64,000 bases of DNA from an uncultured cyanobacterium (GTDB taxonomy: Bacteria; Cyanobacteriota; Cyanobacteriia; Cyanobacteriales; CAWUOF01), in the NCBI GenBank assembly GCA_963744145.1, contig CAVUSO010000001.1, positions 7,392,001 through 7,456,000 on the forward strand, in the 5' to 3' direction. Made by a program: the position numbers and the translations under genes. Below, piece by piece: positions 1 to 10,645 of this stretch (positions are counted from its first letter, which is position 1; the number at the start of each line of letters is the position of its first letter). Under the pieces are notes generated by a model. That model had not been told where the DNA came from. It saw only the letters and a list, made by a program, of their open reading frames with translations, and made no database searches.

Positions 1-619
1 CTAAATCTAAGATTTTAGGTTTAATTCCTTCCTTTTGTAAGTATTTTAAAGCGATTTTGGTGGAAAATCCATCTAATTCTGCTTCTTTTTCATAGAGTTT
101 TTTCTTTTGACTAATGGGTATACTTAAGAAAAAACGCCGGATTTTGCCATCGTCATCATTTGGTAAATCATTAGCACCAACTTGGTCTGGATATTTGAGA
201 CCTGGAGGAGGTAACACCGACTCTCCAGCTACTTTCCTAATCCCAATTAGATTTGGTGTAGTTTGAAATAAATTGACTAAATCTTGATAGTCGGGTTTTG
301 GTGGATCGTCACGATATTCTACTGGTAAATCCCGATACAAATCTAAGCCGATTAATCGCGGCTGTTGTGCTTTAATATGTTCAAGGATCTTCACCAAATC
401 CGCATCTGGAATTGGCCATCGCTTCAGGAGATGGATATCTGGTTCATTGATATCAACAATCACGATCCTTTCATCAGGTGGTTCTTGTGGGCGTAGTTGA
501 AATAGCTGATCAAGTGCGTTTAACTCTAGCATTTGCAACAGCCCAGTGAAGCGGAAGGCGATAATTAGGATCGTCACACTAGGCGCAGCAAATATAATGC
601 CCCGCCATTGCCAGATCAC
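1..619 (-). CDS. CHASE2-domain sensor protein, N-terminal part (runs off the window start)
   Basis: Manual translation gives VIWQWRGIIFAAPSVTILIIAFRFTGLLQMLELNALDQLFQLRPQEPPDERIVIVDINEPDI..., a typical CHASE2 N-terminus. Start codon uncertain (GTG at 619). Lies downstream of a DUF928 gene, a common pairing. Confidence 0.8.
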   Translation of the reverse strand, partial: MIWQWRGIIFAAPSVTILIIAFRFTGLLQMLELNALDQLFQLRPQEPPDERIVIVDINEPDIHLLKRWPIPDADLVKILEHIKAQQPRLIGLDLYRDLPVEYRDDPPKPDYQDLVNLFQTTPNLIGIRKVAGESVLPPPGLKYPDQVGANDLPNDDDGKIRRFFLSIPISQKKKLYEKEAELDGFSTKIALKYLQKEGIKPKILDL

Positions 620-745
620 TGATTTTATCTTAGTTAGGATCACAGATCGCCCCAGCCAAATTAAATTCGGAAGCCAGGAGAGAATCAAAAAACTTCTCCT
701 ACCTGGCTTCCAAATATTGATAGATATGCAACTCACTGAACTATT

Positions 746-1522
746 TTAGTTTGATGCTGGACAATCAAGTAAGGGTTTGTCGGCGATCGACGCATCTAAT
801 CCGACTGATGTGAGTAATGTTTTCCAGTTGGTCTGCACTGTATTATCGTTAGGATTCTTACACTTTAGTTCAGCTGCACTAGCGATCGTTTCGTACCAAA
901 TATGCCGATCAGCATATAATTGGGGGATACTGCTCTTTGGAGTATTTTTTAAATCATTTGTCAAATCCAGATCTTTGCGTTGGATCTCACCTTGAACAGC
1001 GATGCTTCCACTCGGATCATTCGCATCACATACTACTTCAAAAAACCACTTATATGTTTTTCCAACTTGAAGACTTTTGGCAGTATCAGCAGGAAGCTTA
1101 ACACTCACAATCCCAGATTGCTCTGGACTTTTAACAATGATTTCGGGATCTAGCACTGATGTTTGTGCTTTTTCATCTAATAGAGAAAACTTTATCTCTT
1201 TGGTTAAGGGTTCCGGAACATAAAAAAAGAAAGTTGTGTTTTCACTTGTGGTATATTCAAATTCCGTTTTTGGAATGAGTGGGATAATCTCTTTTCCGTT
1301 GGTAGTGCAAGATCTTCCTCTTGTACCACCACCTGAACTACTCTCTGGTTCCACAGGATTAGGAGATGTAAAAGACTGTGCTATTTGCCAGGAATTAGCG
1401 TTATGATTGAATGGCAGCGGATTGGCTAAGGTCTGATGGTCAAAGTTAGGAATCATTAGCATTCCTAAGGGCAAAATAACTGATCGATTTAATAACTGTA
1501 AGAGAGATTTTTTCCAAAACAT
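746..1522 (-). CDS. DUF928 domain protein (secreted)
   Basis: GGGTRG motif, TFFFYVP, YKWFFEVVC and IWYETI motifs; likely ATG at 1522 (track starts at 1540). Confidence 0.85.
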   Translation of the reverse strand: MFWKKSLLQLLNRSVILPLGMLMIPNFDHQTLANPLPFNHNANSWQIAQSFTSPNPVEPESSSGGGTRGRSCTTNGKEIIPLIPKTEFEYTTSENTTFFFYVPEPLTKEIKFSLLDEKAQTSVLDPEIIVKSPEQSGIVSVKLPADTAKSLQVGKTYKWFFEVVCDANDPSGSIAVQGEIQRKDLDLTNDLKNTPKSSIPQLYADRHIWYETIASAAELKCKNPNDNTVQTNWKTLLTSVGLDASIADKPLLDCPASN

Positions 1523-1845
1523 AATTAAGTACCTCGTCAACTAAATATTTGTACCAGTTCAGCGATCGCGGCTTCCCTGGAAAACGTTCATAAGTTATTC
1601 ACTTTGATGAGCTTAAAAGTGATTATAGCAAATAAATCAAGGATTTGGCATCTGACTAGGAAATAAAAAGAGTTATTTTTGGGTCACAGAACTAGGAAAA
1701 ATTGGTGGTTTAATTTCAGTGGGCAAAGAAAATGAGTAATATTACTGATTCTCCTTGCCCATATATCAAAGACTAGCTACCATCTTGTTTACCTAGCTCT
1801 TCTACTTGAGCAACCTTTTTTCTTTTTCAATAAAGAAGATCAATT

Positions 1846-2284
1846 AATCCGGTTCAGTTACTTGTAGGGGCAAAGCATTTCGGCGTATAAATGATTGTTT
1901 AAGCGTTTACCCTGAGTTTACCCTGAGCGTAGTCGAAGCTTGCCCTGAGCGTAGTCGAAGGGGGCGTAGTCGAAGGGAAGAATAATATTACCGAAATGCG
2001 AGAGCCCTCACATTTATGCAACCAACCGATCAACTACATATAGAAAAATCCAATTTAGTTAAAACAAAAATGTTACTTCGGCGATTCCTCCAGAAAAATA
2101 ACCTCACTCATCCGTAATATATAGGTCAATATAGTTCAGCGTAGAAGAAGGGTGAAGCATTCGGGTCTAATGCTACTCCCCTTCGACTACGCCCTTCGGC
2201 TACGCTCAGGGTAAACTCAGGGTAAAACTTCAGTGTTTAATTGTCGCCCGAATGCTTCACCCCTACGCCTAACTGAACCGGATT
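1846..2284. repeat. REP-doublet/MITE-like composite: B hairpin (GTAG at 1864) and inverted A hairpin (CTAC at 2263-2266), bounded by 15-bp inverted repeats
   Basis: AATCCGGTTCAGTTA (1846-1860) and TAACTGAACCGGATT (2270-2284) are exact reverse complements; the hairpins match the 58-62 kb array units; nested 24-nt inserts at 1906-1977 and 2179-2226. Confidence 0.85.
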
Positions 2285-2723
2285 GGAATATAAATTAAAT
2301 AATTCGCTGTAATGAGATCGCTCTGATCGCTTACTCCGAGCCAAATTATCAAGTTATTTAATTGTTATTCCTGAGCTAAATAATCTAGCTAATCTAGAAA
2401 ATTTTTTGACATTAATATGCGTCAATATTAATCAGATTTATTTGCTTTTTTTTTAGAAATAATCAACTATTTAAACCAGCGGATTTTTGACTTAATCTGC
2501 ACCGCCAAAAATTGGGATTAGAAAGAGATCATGTCACTCTATTTATTGGGAAATAAATCATAATACAAATATTTACGAAATCATCACACTGACTAGAAAA
2601 ATCAGATAAAATTATGCTAGAATATTACACCTAAGTCAAATAATTTGGCAAAGATAGACTGGCACAAACCAGATTTTTGCCTGATGGCGAATTTTAACTG
2701 CTGATTTCTGAGTTTAATGGAGC

Positions 2724-5360
2724 TTGAAAACCTGTATGACCACTACCCAGGAGCGGATTATCCCAACGGATCTGCGGAACGAGATGTCTCGATCTTACTT
2801 AGAATACGCCATGAGCGTGATCGTGGGACGGGCATTACCAGATGCGAGGGATGGTCTCAAACCAGTGCATCGTCGTATCCTTTACGCGATGCACGAATTG
2901 GGCCTTACTCCGGATCGTCCCTTTCGTAAATGCGCTCGTGTGGTGGGGGAAGTGCTGGGTAAATATCACCCCCACGGTGATACAGCAGTATACGACGCAT
3001 TAGTACGGATGGCACAGGATTTTTCCATGCGCGATCCCCTAATTGATGGACACGGTAACTTCGGTTCCGTTGACAATGATCCACCAGCAGCGATGCGATA
3101 TACGGAGTGTCGATTGCGATCGCTGACCAGCAACGCGCTCCTCCAAGATATTGAATCAGAAACAGTAGATTTTGGCGATAACTTTGATGGTTCTCAGCAA
3201 GAGCCCCTACTTTTACCAGCCCGAATTCCCCAATTGTTGGTGAATGGTTCATCCGGAATTGCAGTGGGGATGGCAACTAATATTCCACCACATAATTTAG
3301 GAGAGCTAATTGATGGTTTAGTAGCATTGATTCACAATCCAGAAATTACAGATCTTCAGTTGATGCAATATATCCCAGGTCCAGATTTTCCGACGGGAGG
3401 ACAAATTTTGGGAACAGCGAGTATCCGCGAAGCTTATACCACTGGACGTGGTTCAATTACGATGCGGGGAGTAGCTGAGATTGAAACAATTGAACATCGA
3501 GGAAGACCAGATCGAGAAGCAATTATTATTACTCAATTGCCCTATCAAACTAATAAAGCGGCATTGATTGAAAAAATTGCAGAATTTGTGAATGATAAAA
3601 AGTTAGAAGGGATTGCGGATATTCGCGATGAAAGCGATCGGGATGGGATGCGAATAGTAATCGAACTCAAACGCGATGCTTATCCCAGGGTAGTATTGAA
3701 CAACCTGTATAAACAAACTCCTTTACAAGCTAATTTTGGAGCCAATATGTTGGCTCTAGTAAATAGCGAACCCCAACTGCTTACCATTAAACAGTTTCTT
3801 TCTGTTTTCCTAGAGTTCCGGATTGATTGCGTCAGACGTTGAACTACCTATGAACTGCGGAAAGCTCAGGAAAGAGATCATTTACTCCAAGGTTTATTAA
3901 CCGCACTAGCTAATCTTGATGCAATTGTTGCTTTAATTCGTCATGCTGCTGATACACCAACAGCGAAAGCAGAATTGATGGAAACTTACGCTTTATCGGA
4001 AGCACAAGCAGACGCAATTTTACAAATGCAATTGCGGCGTTTAACAGCACTAGAAGCGGAGAAAATTAGCGCCGAACATGAAGAGTTGCAAGTAAAAATA
4101 GCAGATTTACAGGATATTTTGGCTAACATTAGCCGAATTCTGGAAATAATTGAAACCGAAATTCAAATCCTCAAAACTACTCATGCAACTCCACGTCGGA
4201 CAATTATTCAACACGCAGAAGGAGATCTAGAAGATACCGATTTAATTGCTAATGAAAAAGCCTTGATTCTGTTAACAGAACAAGGATATATTAAACGGAT
4301 GCCCGTTAATACCTTTGAAGCCCAAAATCGGGGTACTCGTGGTAAAGCAGCAAACCGCATGAAGGATGATGATGGAGTCGAACACTTTTTAACTTGCTGT
4401 GATCACGATCCAGTATTATTCTTTAGCGATCGCGGTGTAGTATATTGTGTGAAAGCTTATCAACTTCCGACCGGATCACGGACAGCTCGTGGTACTCCGA
4501 TCGTGCAAATGTTACCAATTCCCCGAGATGAAAAAATCACCTCCATGTTATCAGTCGCAGAATTTAGTGATGATGAATATTTGGTGATGCTGACTAAAGG
4601 TGGTTTTATTAAGAAAACTGCACTCTCGGCTTTTAGTAATATTCGTGCTAATGGATTAATCGCGATTTCCTTAGAAGAAGGTGATCAATTACGCTGGGTC
4701 AGACGAGCTAGGGAAGAAGATAGTGTCATCATTGGTTCACGTCAAGGTATGGCAATTCATTTTAAAGCCGATCGGGATCAATTACGTCCTCTCGGACGTT
4801 CTACCCGAGGGGTAAAATCGATGAAGTTACGTCCAGATGACGAACTAATTAGCATGGATATTCTCCCTGGTTCAGTAGTTGCTAGTTTAGGACAAGTAGA
4901 GTCGGATGAGGTAGAAATTGAAGAGGAAGATTTAGAAGTGATTACTACTGAATCAGACCCTACGGTTTTAGAATCAGAAACAACTACGGTTTTAGAATCA
5001 GAAATAACCACTCATCAAGGTCCCTGGGTGTTAGTAATTACTACTGGTGGTTATGGAAAACGAGTTCCAGTTAACCAATTCCGTCTCCAAAATCGTGCTG
5101 GTAAAGGAATTATTGCGACTAAGTTTAAATCTCGACGGGTTAATGATCAGTTAGCAGCACTACGAGTCGTGAATGAAGGTGACGAATTGATGATTGTTAC
5201 CAGTCGCGGGATTATTATTCGTCAGTCCGTTGATGCAATTTCCCATCAATCTCGAGCTGCAACTGGTGTCCGAGTTCAACGTTTAGATGAAGATGATGCG
5301 ATCGCTGCTGTTGCATTAGTACCTCCTAGTAATGGTGAAGAGGAAGAAGCTACAGAGTAA
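2724..5360 (+). CDS. gyrA: DNA gyrase subunit A, with one in-frame TGA at 3840-3842
   Basis: YHPHGD, PAAMRY and QNRGTRGK (GyrA box-like) motifs. The ORFs 2724-3842 and 3975-5360 share a frame, and the intervening sequence reads [19 protein letters not shown]. The stop aligns to a conserved Arg (CGA to TGA). Confidence 0.93.
4960..5004 (+). repeat. 24-nt-period in-frame duplication in the GyrA C-terminal acidic insert ([16 protein letters not shown])
   Basis: CTACGGTTTTAGAATCAGAAA occurs twice, 24 nt apart. Confidence 0.85.
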
Positions 5361-5373
5361 ATTCTGGTGATGT

Positions 5374-5400
5374 TTAGGGTGGAAACTACCACCCTAATTT
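5374..5400 (+). terminator. Putative intrinsic terminator after gyrA
   Basis: TTAGGGTGG-aaacta-CCACCCTAA followed by TTT. Confidence 0.65.
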
Positions 5401-5435
5401 ACTCTGGTAGTTGGTAATATTAAATAATCGTTATT

Positions 5436-7043
5436 TTGCTCATGGGATTAAGGTTATCGATCGCTTTGATCAGTGGTATTTTGATGGGATTGACCACTGC
5501 ACCTGTCGGAGCTTGGTTTTTAGCTTGGATTGCTTTTGCTCCGCTCTGGTTTTTAGTAGTTGAAAATTATTCCCAGAAAAGTCTCAGCTTGAAAGATTTT
5601 TTTTGGTTAACTCCATTAGGTTGGTCAATCGGTTTTTACGGTGTTACTTTATCTTGGATTACCGGAATTCATCCCTTAACTTGGATGGGTATTCCCTGGT
5701 TAGTTAGTTTAGCAATTACTTTTTTTTGTTGGAGTGCGATTACTCTAGTGGGAGTGGTTTTAGTAATTGTTTGGACTGTGGGTATGGGGATATTTTGCCA
5801 GCTCAATAACTATTTTCAGGTGAAATTTTGGCAATTTGATCAAAATCAAAAAACCGTCTATTTACCTTTACTGCGGATTTTAATTGGGACTACTTTATGG
5901 TGTACCCTCGAAATTTTTTGGAGTCAAGGAAATTTATGGTGGACTTCCCTATCTCTGACCCAAAGTCCTCATAATTTAACCATTTTACACCTTGGTCAAA
6001 TTTCTGGTCCAACTACTATTACTGCTGCGATCGTTGCGGTTAATGGATTAATTGCTGAAGGATTAATTAATGATACCGAGTCGCTGAAAAATTTCGCTAA
6101 ACCAATTAAATGGAAATATTTTGGGATTGCTTTTGGTTTAATAATTAGCTTACATTTGACTGGATTATGGCTATATCAACGTCCTCTGGGTCAAGCTCCA
6201 GAAACTGCATTAAAAATTGGGATTATTCAAGGAAATATTCCTAACCAAATCTTAATCTACTCAGATCGATGGCTCCGCGCGATCGCAGGTTATACTAGAG
6301 GATATCAAATTTTAGCAACTACAGGAGTTGATGCAGTTTTAACACCAGAAACCGCATTACCTTATCAATGGACAGAAGAAAATCAACGACGTAGTGCTTT
6401 CTATCAAGCGATTTTAGCACAAGGTGTGGTCGCATGGTTAGGAGCATTTGGTAGTTTTAATGATCAATTGACTAATAGTTTATTTACCATTACTAGCAAT
6501 GGTAAAATATTCAGTCGTTATGATAAAGTGAAACTGGTGCCCTTAGGAGAGTATATCCCCTTTGAAGAAATATTAGGAGGAATAATTAATAAACTTTCTC
6601 CTTTAGATGCTCATTTAATACCAGGAAAACTTGATCAAAGTTTTGATACACCTTTTGGACGAGCGATCGTAGGAATTTGTTATGATTCGGCATTTTCTGA
6701 GCTGTTTCGACTTCAAGCTTTCCGAGGAGGTCAGTTTATCATTACAGCTTCTAATAATACTCATTTTAATGCTGCTATGCCCGCGCAACACCATGCTCAA
6801 GATGTGATGAGAGCAATTGAAACAGATCGTTGGGCAGCAAGAGCTACCAATACAGGTTATTCTGGATTTATCGATCCTCATGGAAGAACAATTTGGCTGT
6901 CCGGAATTAATACCTATGAACTCCATTCCGAGACAATTTACCGCAGACAAACCCGAACCTTGTATGTAAGTTGGGGAAATTGGTTACTGTCTCTCTTATT
7001 AAGTGGAAGTGCGATCGGGTATTTTTTCTATATTGTTTGCTAA
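5436..7043 (+). CDS. lnt: Apolipoprotein N-acyltransferase
   Basis: Multiple TM segments; QGNI, PETA, YDKVKLVPLGEYIP, ICYDS and RATNTGYS motifs. Confidence 0.93.
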   Translation: MLMGLRLSIALISGILMGLTTAPVGAWFLAWIAFAPLWFLVVENYSQKSLSLKDFFWLTPLGWSIGFYGVTLSWITGIHPLTWMGIPWLVSLAITFFCWSAITLVGVVLVIVWTVGMGIFCQLNNYFQVKFWQFDQNQKTVYLPLLRILIGTTLWCTLEIFWSQGNLWWTSLSLTQSPHNLTILHLGQISGPTTITAAIVAVNGLIAEGLINDTESLKNFAKPIKWKYFGIAFGLIISLHLTGLWLYQRPLGQAPETALKIGIIQGNIPNQILIYSDRWLRAIAGYTRGYQILATTGVDAVLTPETALPYQWTEENQRRSAFYQAILAQGVVAWLGAFGSFNDQLTNSLFTITSNGKIFSRYDKVKLVPLGEYIPFEEILGGIINKLSPLDAHLIPGKLDQSFDTPFGRAIVGICYDSAFSELFRLQAFRGGQFIITASNNTHFNAAMPAQHHAQDVMRAIETDRWAARATNTGYSGFIDPHGRTIWLSGINTYELHSETIYRRQTRTLYVSWGNWLLSLLLSGSAIGYFFYIVC

Positions 7044-7059
7044 AATTAAAACATCAACC

Positions 7060-7119
7060 AGAACCTGTGCTGAAAAATTAGCAGACCAGTTGCGATCGCT
7101 CGGAATTGACCCTGAGTAA
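7060..7119 (+). pseudogene. Orphan C-terminal tail of a Uma2-type protein (AEKLADQLRSLGIDPE*)
   Basis: Translation resembles the tails of the intact Uma2 genes at 17083-18698 (ERLAAKLRELGIDPD). Confidence 0.65.
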
Positions 7120-7235
7120 TCTAATTAATTGGTAAACTAAACAGAGTAGCTAACGACTTTTTGAGCTTGACTCCATCCCAGAGCGATCGGGTATAATCAA
7201 AACCTATACCAGAACATTAATTAGAGGTTAAAGAG

Positions 7236-7571
7236 ATGAATGATTTAGAAAAAAGGAAGCTTTTATCCGGATTATATCATGGGGCGATTTTTTTAAGCTC
7301 AACCATCGTCTCGGTAGGGATACCAATTGCGATTTTGTTTTTCACTGAAGATCCTGTAGTAAAACAAAATGCGCGAGAATCCCTGAATTTTCATATAAAT
7401 CTTTACATTTATGCCTTAATTTCAGTGATCCTGTGTTTTGTTATCATTGGGTTTGCGCTACTAGTTATCTTGGGAATTATCAGTTTTATCATGCCCATTA
7501 TTGCTTTAGTTCAAGTTTTAAGTGAACCAGATCATTCCTATAAATATCCGTTTATTTTTCGGATTGTATAG
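7236..7571 (+). CDS. DUF4870 membrane protein
   Basis: NARESLNFHI and YKYPFIFR motifs; about three TM segments; AGAGG RBS upstream. Confidence 0.85.
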   Translation: MNDLEKRKLLSGLYHGAIFLSSTIVSVGIPIAILFFTEDPVVKQNARESLNFHINLYIYALISVILCFVIIGFALLVILGIISFIMPIIALVQVLSEPDHSYKYPFIFRIV

Positions 7572-7585
7572 GGAATTAGCTGTTA

Positions 7586-7699
7586 ATGCAATATCACTTA
7601 CTACAGACACCAGAAGAAAGACTCGTTAAAGCTGAACAACGAGCAGAAAAGTTTGCGGATCAATTGCGATCGCTAGGAATAGATCCTGATTCTTTATAG
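7586..7699 (+). pseudogene. 37-aa ORF made only of a Uma2-type C-terminal tail (relic or microprotein)
   Basis: MQYHLLQTPEERLVKAEQRAEKFADQLRSLGIDPDSL*. Confidence 0.65.
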
Positions 7700-7709
7700 T
7701 CAATAAATT

Positions 7710-9758
7710 ATGTCACTTCAATGGATACTGATTCAACGGATTTTCACTGGTAAATTCTGGCTAAGTTTTACTCTAATTTTAACTTGGTTATCAGCACCAG
7801 TGTTAGCATTATCTACACCAAGAAATCCAGATCAAGAAGAAAACTGCGAAGTTTTAATAGCTGGAGGTGGATTAGCTGGATCTGCTGCTGCTTATGAAGC
7901 TTTATTAGCAGGAAAAACCGTTTGTTTGACGGATATTACTGATTGGGTAGGAGGACAAATTTCCAGTCAAGGTACATCAGCTCTAGATGAACGACCAACC
8001 CAAAGAAAATTATTATACTATGCGCGTGGATATCTAGAACTGCGTGAGCGGATTAAACAATACTATGATCGACTTAATCCTGGAGCTTGTTGGGTAAGTG
8101 AATCTTGTTTTTTACCTAAAGACGCACACCAGATTTTATTTGAGATCTTAAAAACCGCTGCTAAACGGGGTAATGGTAACCTAAAATGGTATCCTAATAC
8201 AGTCATCAAAGAATTAGAAATTTCCGGTAGTCAGATTAAAAGTGCGATCGCAATTCAACATCAACCAGCACCCGGTACAGCACCTTTAAATACAGAACCT
8301 TTATCCCAAACCATTGAAGACTCTTATCATTACGAAGATTCACCACGATTTCAAAAAAAGATCATTCATTTTATTCCTAAATCATTCACTTCTCATCTCC
8401 CCCAACCTGAACCTTGGTATGTAATTGATGGGACAGAAACTGGGGAATTAATTGCACTTGCAGATGTACCTTATCGTTTAGGAATTGATGCACGTTCATT
8501 CTTAGAACCATCATCATCTAGTACCATTAATAATCCCTATTGTACACAAGGATTTACCTATCCTTTTGCAATGGAAGCAACCAAAAAAGCCCAACCACAG
8601 ACCAAACCATCTTTTTACGATCGCTATGCTAGCTATTATAGTTATGAAGCCCAGCGATTGGCAAGTTTTCCTTTAGTTTTTACCTATCGCAGAATTCGGA
8701 GTATGAAACCGGATGAGAAATTACCACCAGATCCGCGTAAGTTCCCGATTTATCCTGGGGATATTTCCATGCAAAACTGGTTATGGGGAAATGATTATCG
8801 TCCGGGAACTGCGACAGATAATTTAGTTTATACTCGCGCTCAATTAATAGCTAGCGGACAATTAGAACCAGGAGGATGGATGGGGGGATTGCGAGTAGAA
8901 AGCTTACATAGTGCTGAAGAACTAGCTCAGGGATTCTTTTATTGGTTAGTAGCAGGAAAAACTGATTCCCAATTAGGGGATGGGATCAAAAAACCAGAAC
9001 CGAATTATCGCTATTTAAAGGGATTAGATTCACCGATGGGTACAGTCCATGGATTATCCAAATATCCCTATATTCGTGAAACAAGAAGGATCATTGGAAG
9101 ACCAACTTTTGCTTATCCACAAGGATTTGAAGTCACAGAAGTTGATATATCTCGTCAAGATTATCGGGATGATTGGTATAGATTGAGTTTACTTCCAGAC
9201 GATTATCGCAACCTCTGGGCAATTTTAGCCGGTTTGAACACTATTGCGGTAGTTGATGGGACTCAATCAATCCCAGATACTAAACCGCGATCGCGTTCTA
9301 CCATCTTTCCCGACGCTGTGGGAATTGGTCATTATGCGATCGACTTTCATCCCTGTATGACCAATAGTCCTCCTGAAGCACCAGGAAATCAAGAAAGAGA
9401 GAACGAACGGAGAGGAGCGGGAACTGCATTTCCTTTCCAAATTCCACTGCGAGCGCTGATTCCCCAAAAAATCGATAATATGTTAGTAGTGGGAAAAAGC
9501 ATAGCGACTAGTCATATCGCTGCAGCTGCATATCGAGTTCACTCCTTCGAGTGGTCATCAGGAGCAGCAGCAGGGACTACTGTTGCGTTTGCTTTAGAAC
9601 AGGGAATTATCCCTGAGCAGTTAGTGGAGCAATTACCTTCCCGTGAACCACAGCTAGAAGCACTCCAAGCGCGTTTAATCAAAAATGGTAATCCTATTGC
9701 TTTTCCAAAAACATCTATTTTTAATCAAAATTGGGATAGTTGGAAAAAATTAAGATAA
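7710..9758 (+). CDS. FAD-dependent oxidoreductase (secreted)
   Basis: Signal-like N-terminus; IAGGGLAG Rossmann motif; WVGGQISSQG and PFQIPLRALIP motifs. Confidence 0.85.
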   Translation: MSLQWILIQRIFTGKFWLSFTLILTWLSAPVLALSTPRNPDQEENCEVLIAGGGLAGSAAAYEALLAGKTVCLTDITDWVGGQISSQGTSALDERPTQRKLLYYARGYLELRERIKQYYDRLNPGACWVSESCFLPKDAHQILFEILKTAAKRGNGNLKWYPNTVIKELEISGSQIKSAIAIQHQPAPGTAPLNTEPLSQTIEDSYHYEDSPRFQKKIIHFIPKSFTSHLPQPEPWYVIDGTETGELIALADVPYRLGIDARSFLEPSSSSTINNPYCTQGFTYPFAMEATKKAQPQTKPSFYDRYASYYSYEAQRLASFPLVFTYRRIRSMKPDEKLPPDPRKFPIYPGDISMQNWLWGNDYRPGTATDNLVYTRAQLIASGQLEPGGWMGGLRVESLHSAEELAQGFFYWLVAGKTDSQLGDGIKKPEPNYRYLKGLDSPMGTVHGLSKYPYIRETRRIIGRPTFAYPQGFEVTEVDISRQDYRDDWYRLSLLPDDYRNLWAILAGLNTIAVVDGTQSIPDTKPRSRSTIFPDAVGIGHYAIDFHPCMTNSPPEAPGNQERENERRGAGTAFPFQIPLRALIPQKIDNMLVVGKSIATSHIAAAAYRVHSFEWSSGAAAGTTVAFALEQGIIPEQLVEQLPSREPQLEALQARLIKNGNPIAFPKTSIFNQNWDSWKKLR

Positions 9759-9822
9759 AATTAATAATTAAAGCCTTCGACAGGTGTGTTTTTGTGTTAC
9801 AATTATATACGCCAAAGAGATT

Positions 9823-10149
9823 ATGAGCAAAGTACATTCAGTAGCAGTTGTGAATATGGCAACTGCCCCCACAGTAGCTCCTGACCGGATTAATCAGGTT
9901 GTCCAGAAGCCTTATCCCAACTATAAAGTAATTGTGCTAAACGACGATTTTAATACGTTTCAGCACGTTGCCAATACTTTAATGAAATATATTCCAGGGA
10001 TGACTAGCGATCAAGCTTGGGAACTAACTAATCAAGTCCATCACGAAGGACAAGCGATCGTCTGGGTCGGACCCCAAGAACAGGCTGAATTATACCACGA
10101 ACTCCTCAGCCGAGCGGGCCTAACCATGGCTCCTTTAGAGAAGGCTTAG
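9823..10149 (+). CDS. clpS: ATP-dependent Clp protease adaptor ClpS
   Basis: YKVIVLNDDFNTFQHV and VHHEGQAIV motifs; start either 9823 or 9856. Confidence 0.92.
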   Translation: MSKVHSVAVVNMATAPTVAPDRINQVVQKPYPNYKVIVLNDDFNTFQHVANTLMKYIPGMTSDQAWELTNQVHHEGQAIVWVGPQEQAELYHELLSRAGLTMAPLEKA

Positions 10150-10153
10150 GAAA

Positions 10154-10450
10154 ATGAGCAACACACCCAGCGGTAGATTAGTTTTAAATCACTCGACACA
10201 TATTCCTGGACTGATTAAAATTTTGAAGCAGCTCCTTGATTATAGTAGCATTGACACCATCACTCCTGGGGTAATTGCTAGAGCTAATGGTCACTCTCCC
10301 CAGATGAAGTTAAAAATTTCTGTACCGATTCGGGGTGGATTTAAGGTGATTGCTAGACAAGGGAAAACAGTCCAGGAAGTTTTTATTTTAACGAGCTTGA
10401 GCCAAAATGACTTAGAAGATGCGATCGGACAAGTTTTAAAAAAGCATTGA
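10154..10450 (+). CDS. DUF2103 family protein
   Basis: GRLVLNHSTHIPGL and ARQGKTVQEVF motifs; immediately follows clpS. Confidence 0.8.
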   Translation: MSNTPSGRLVLNHSTHIPGLIKILKQLLDYSSIDTITPGVIARANGHSPQMKLKISVPIRGGFKVIARQGKTVQEVFILTSLSQNDLEDAIGQVLKKH

Positions 10451-10645
10451 ATAATTTAGGTTAATCTTTAATTAGCGATCGCTGCAATGCTGTGATCTTA
10501 GCACTTGTTTTTTAGCTATATTAATAATCGACTTAAGTATTTATACTCATCTACTTTCCTTAATCACGGGTTAGAATAAAGTAGAGAGCTGCTTAGAGAT
10601 CCTAATTGTAATTTCCATAGTTAACCCAATTTTTTTTAAGAAAAA

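Noticed and set aside
3843..3974. Intein or intron in gyrA explaining the split
   Set aside because: The gap translates in frame as ordinary GyrA sequence with no extra insertion.
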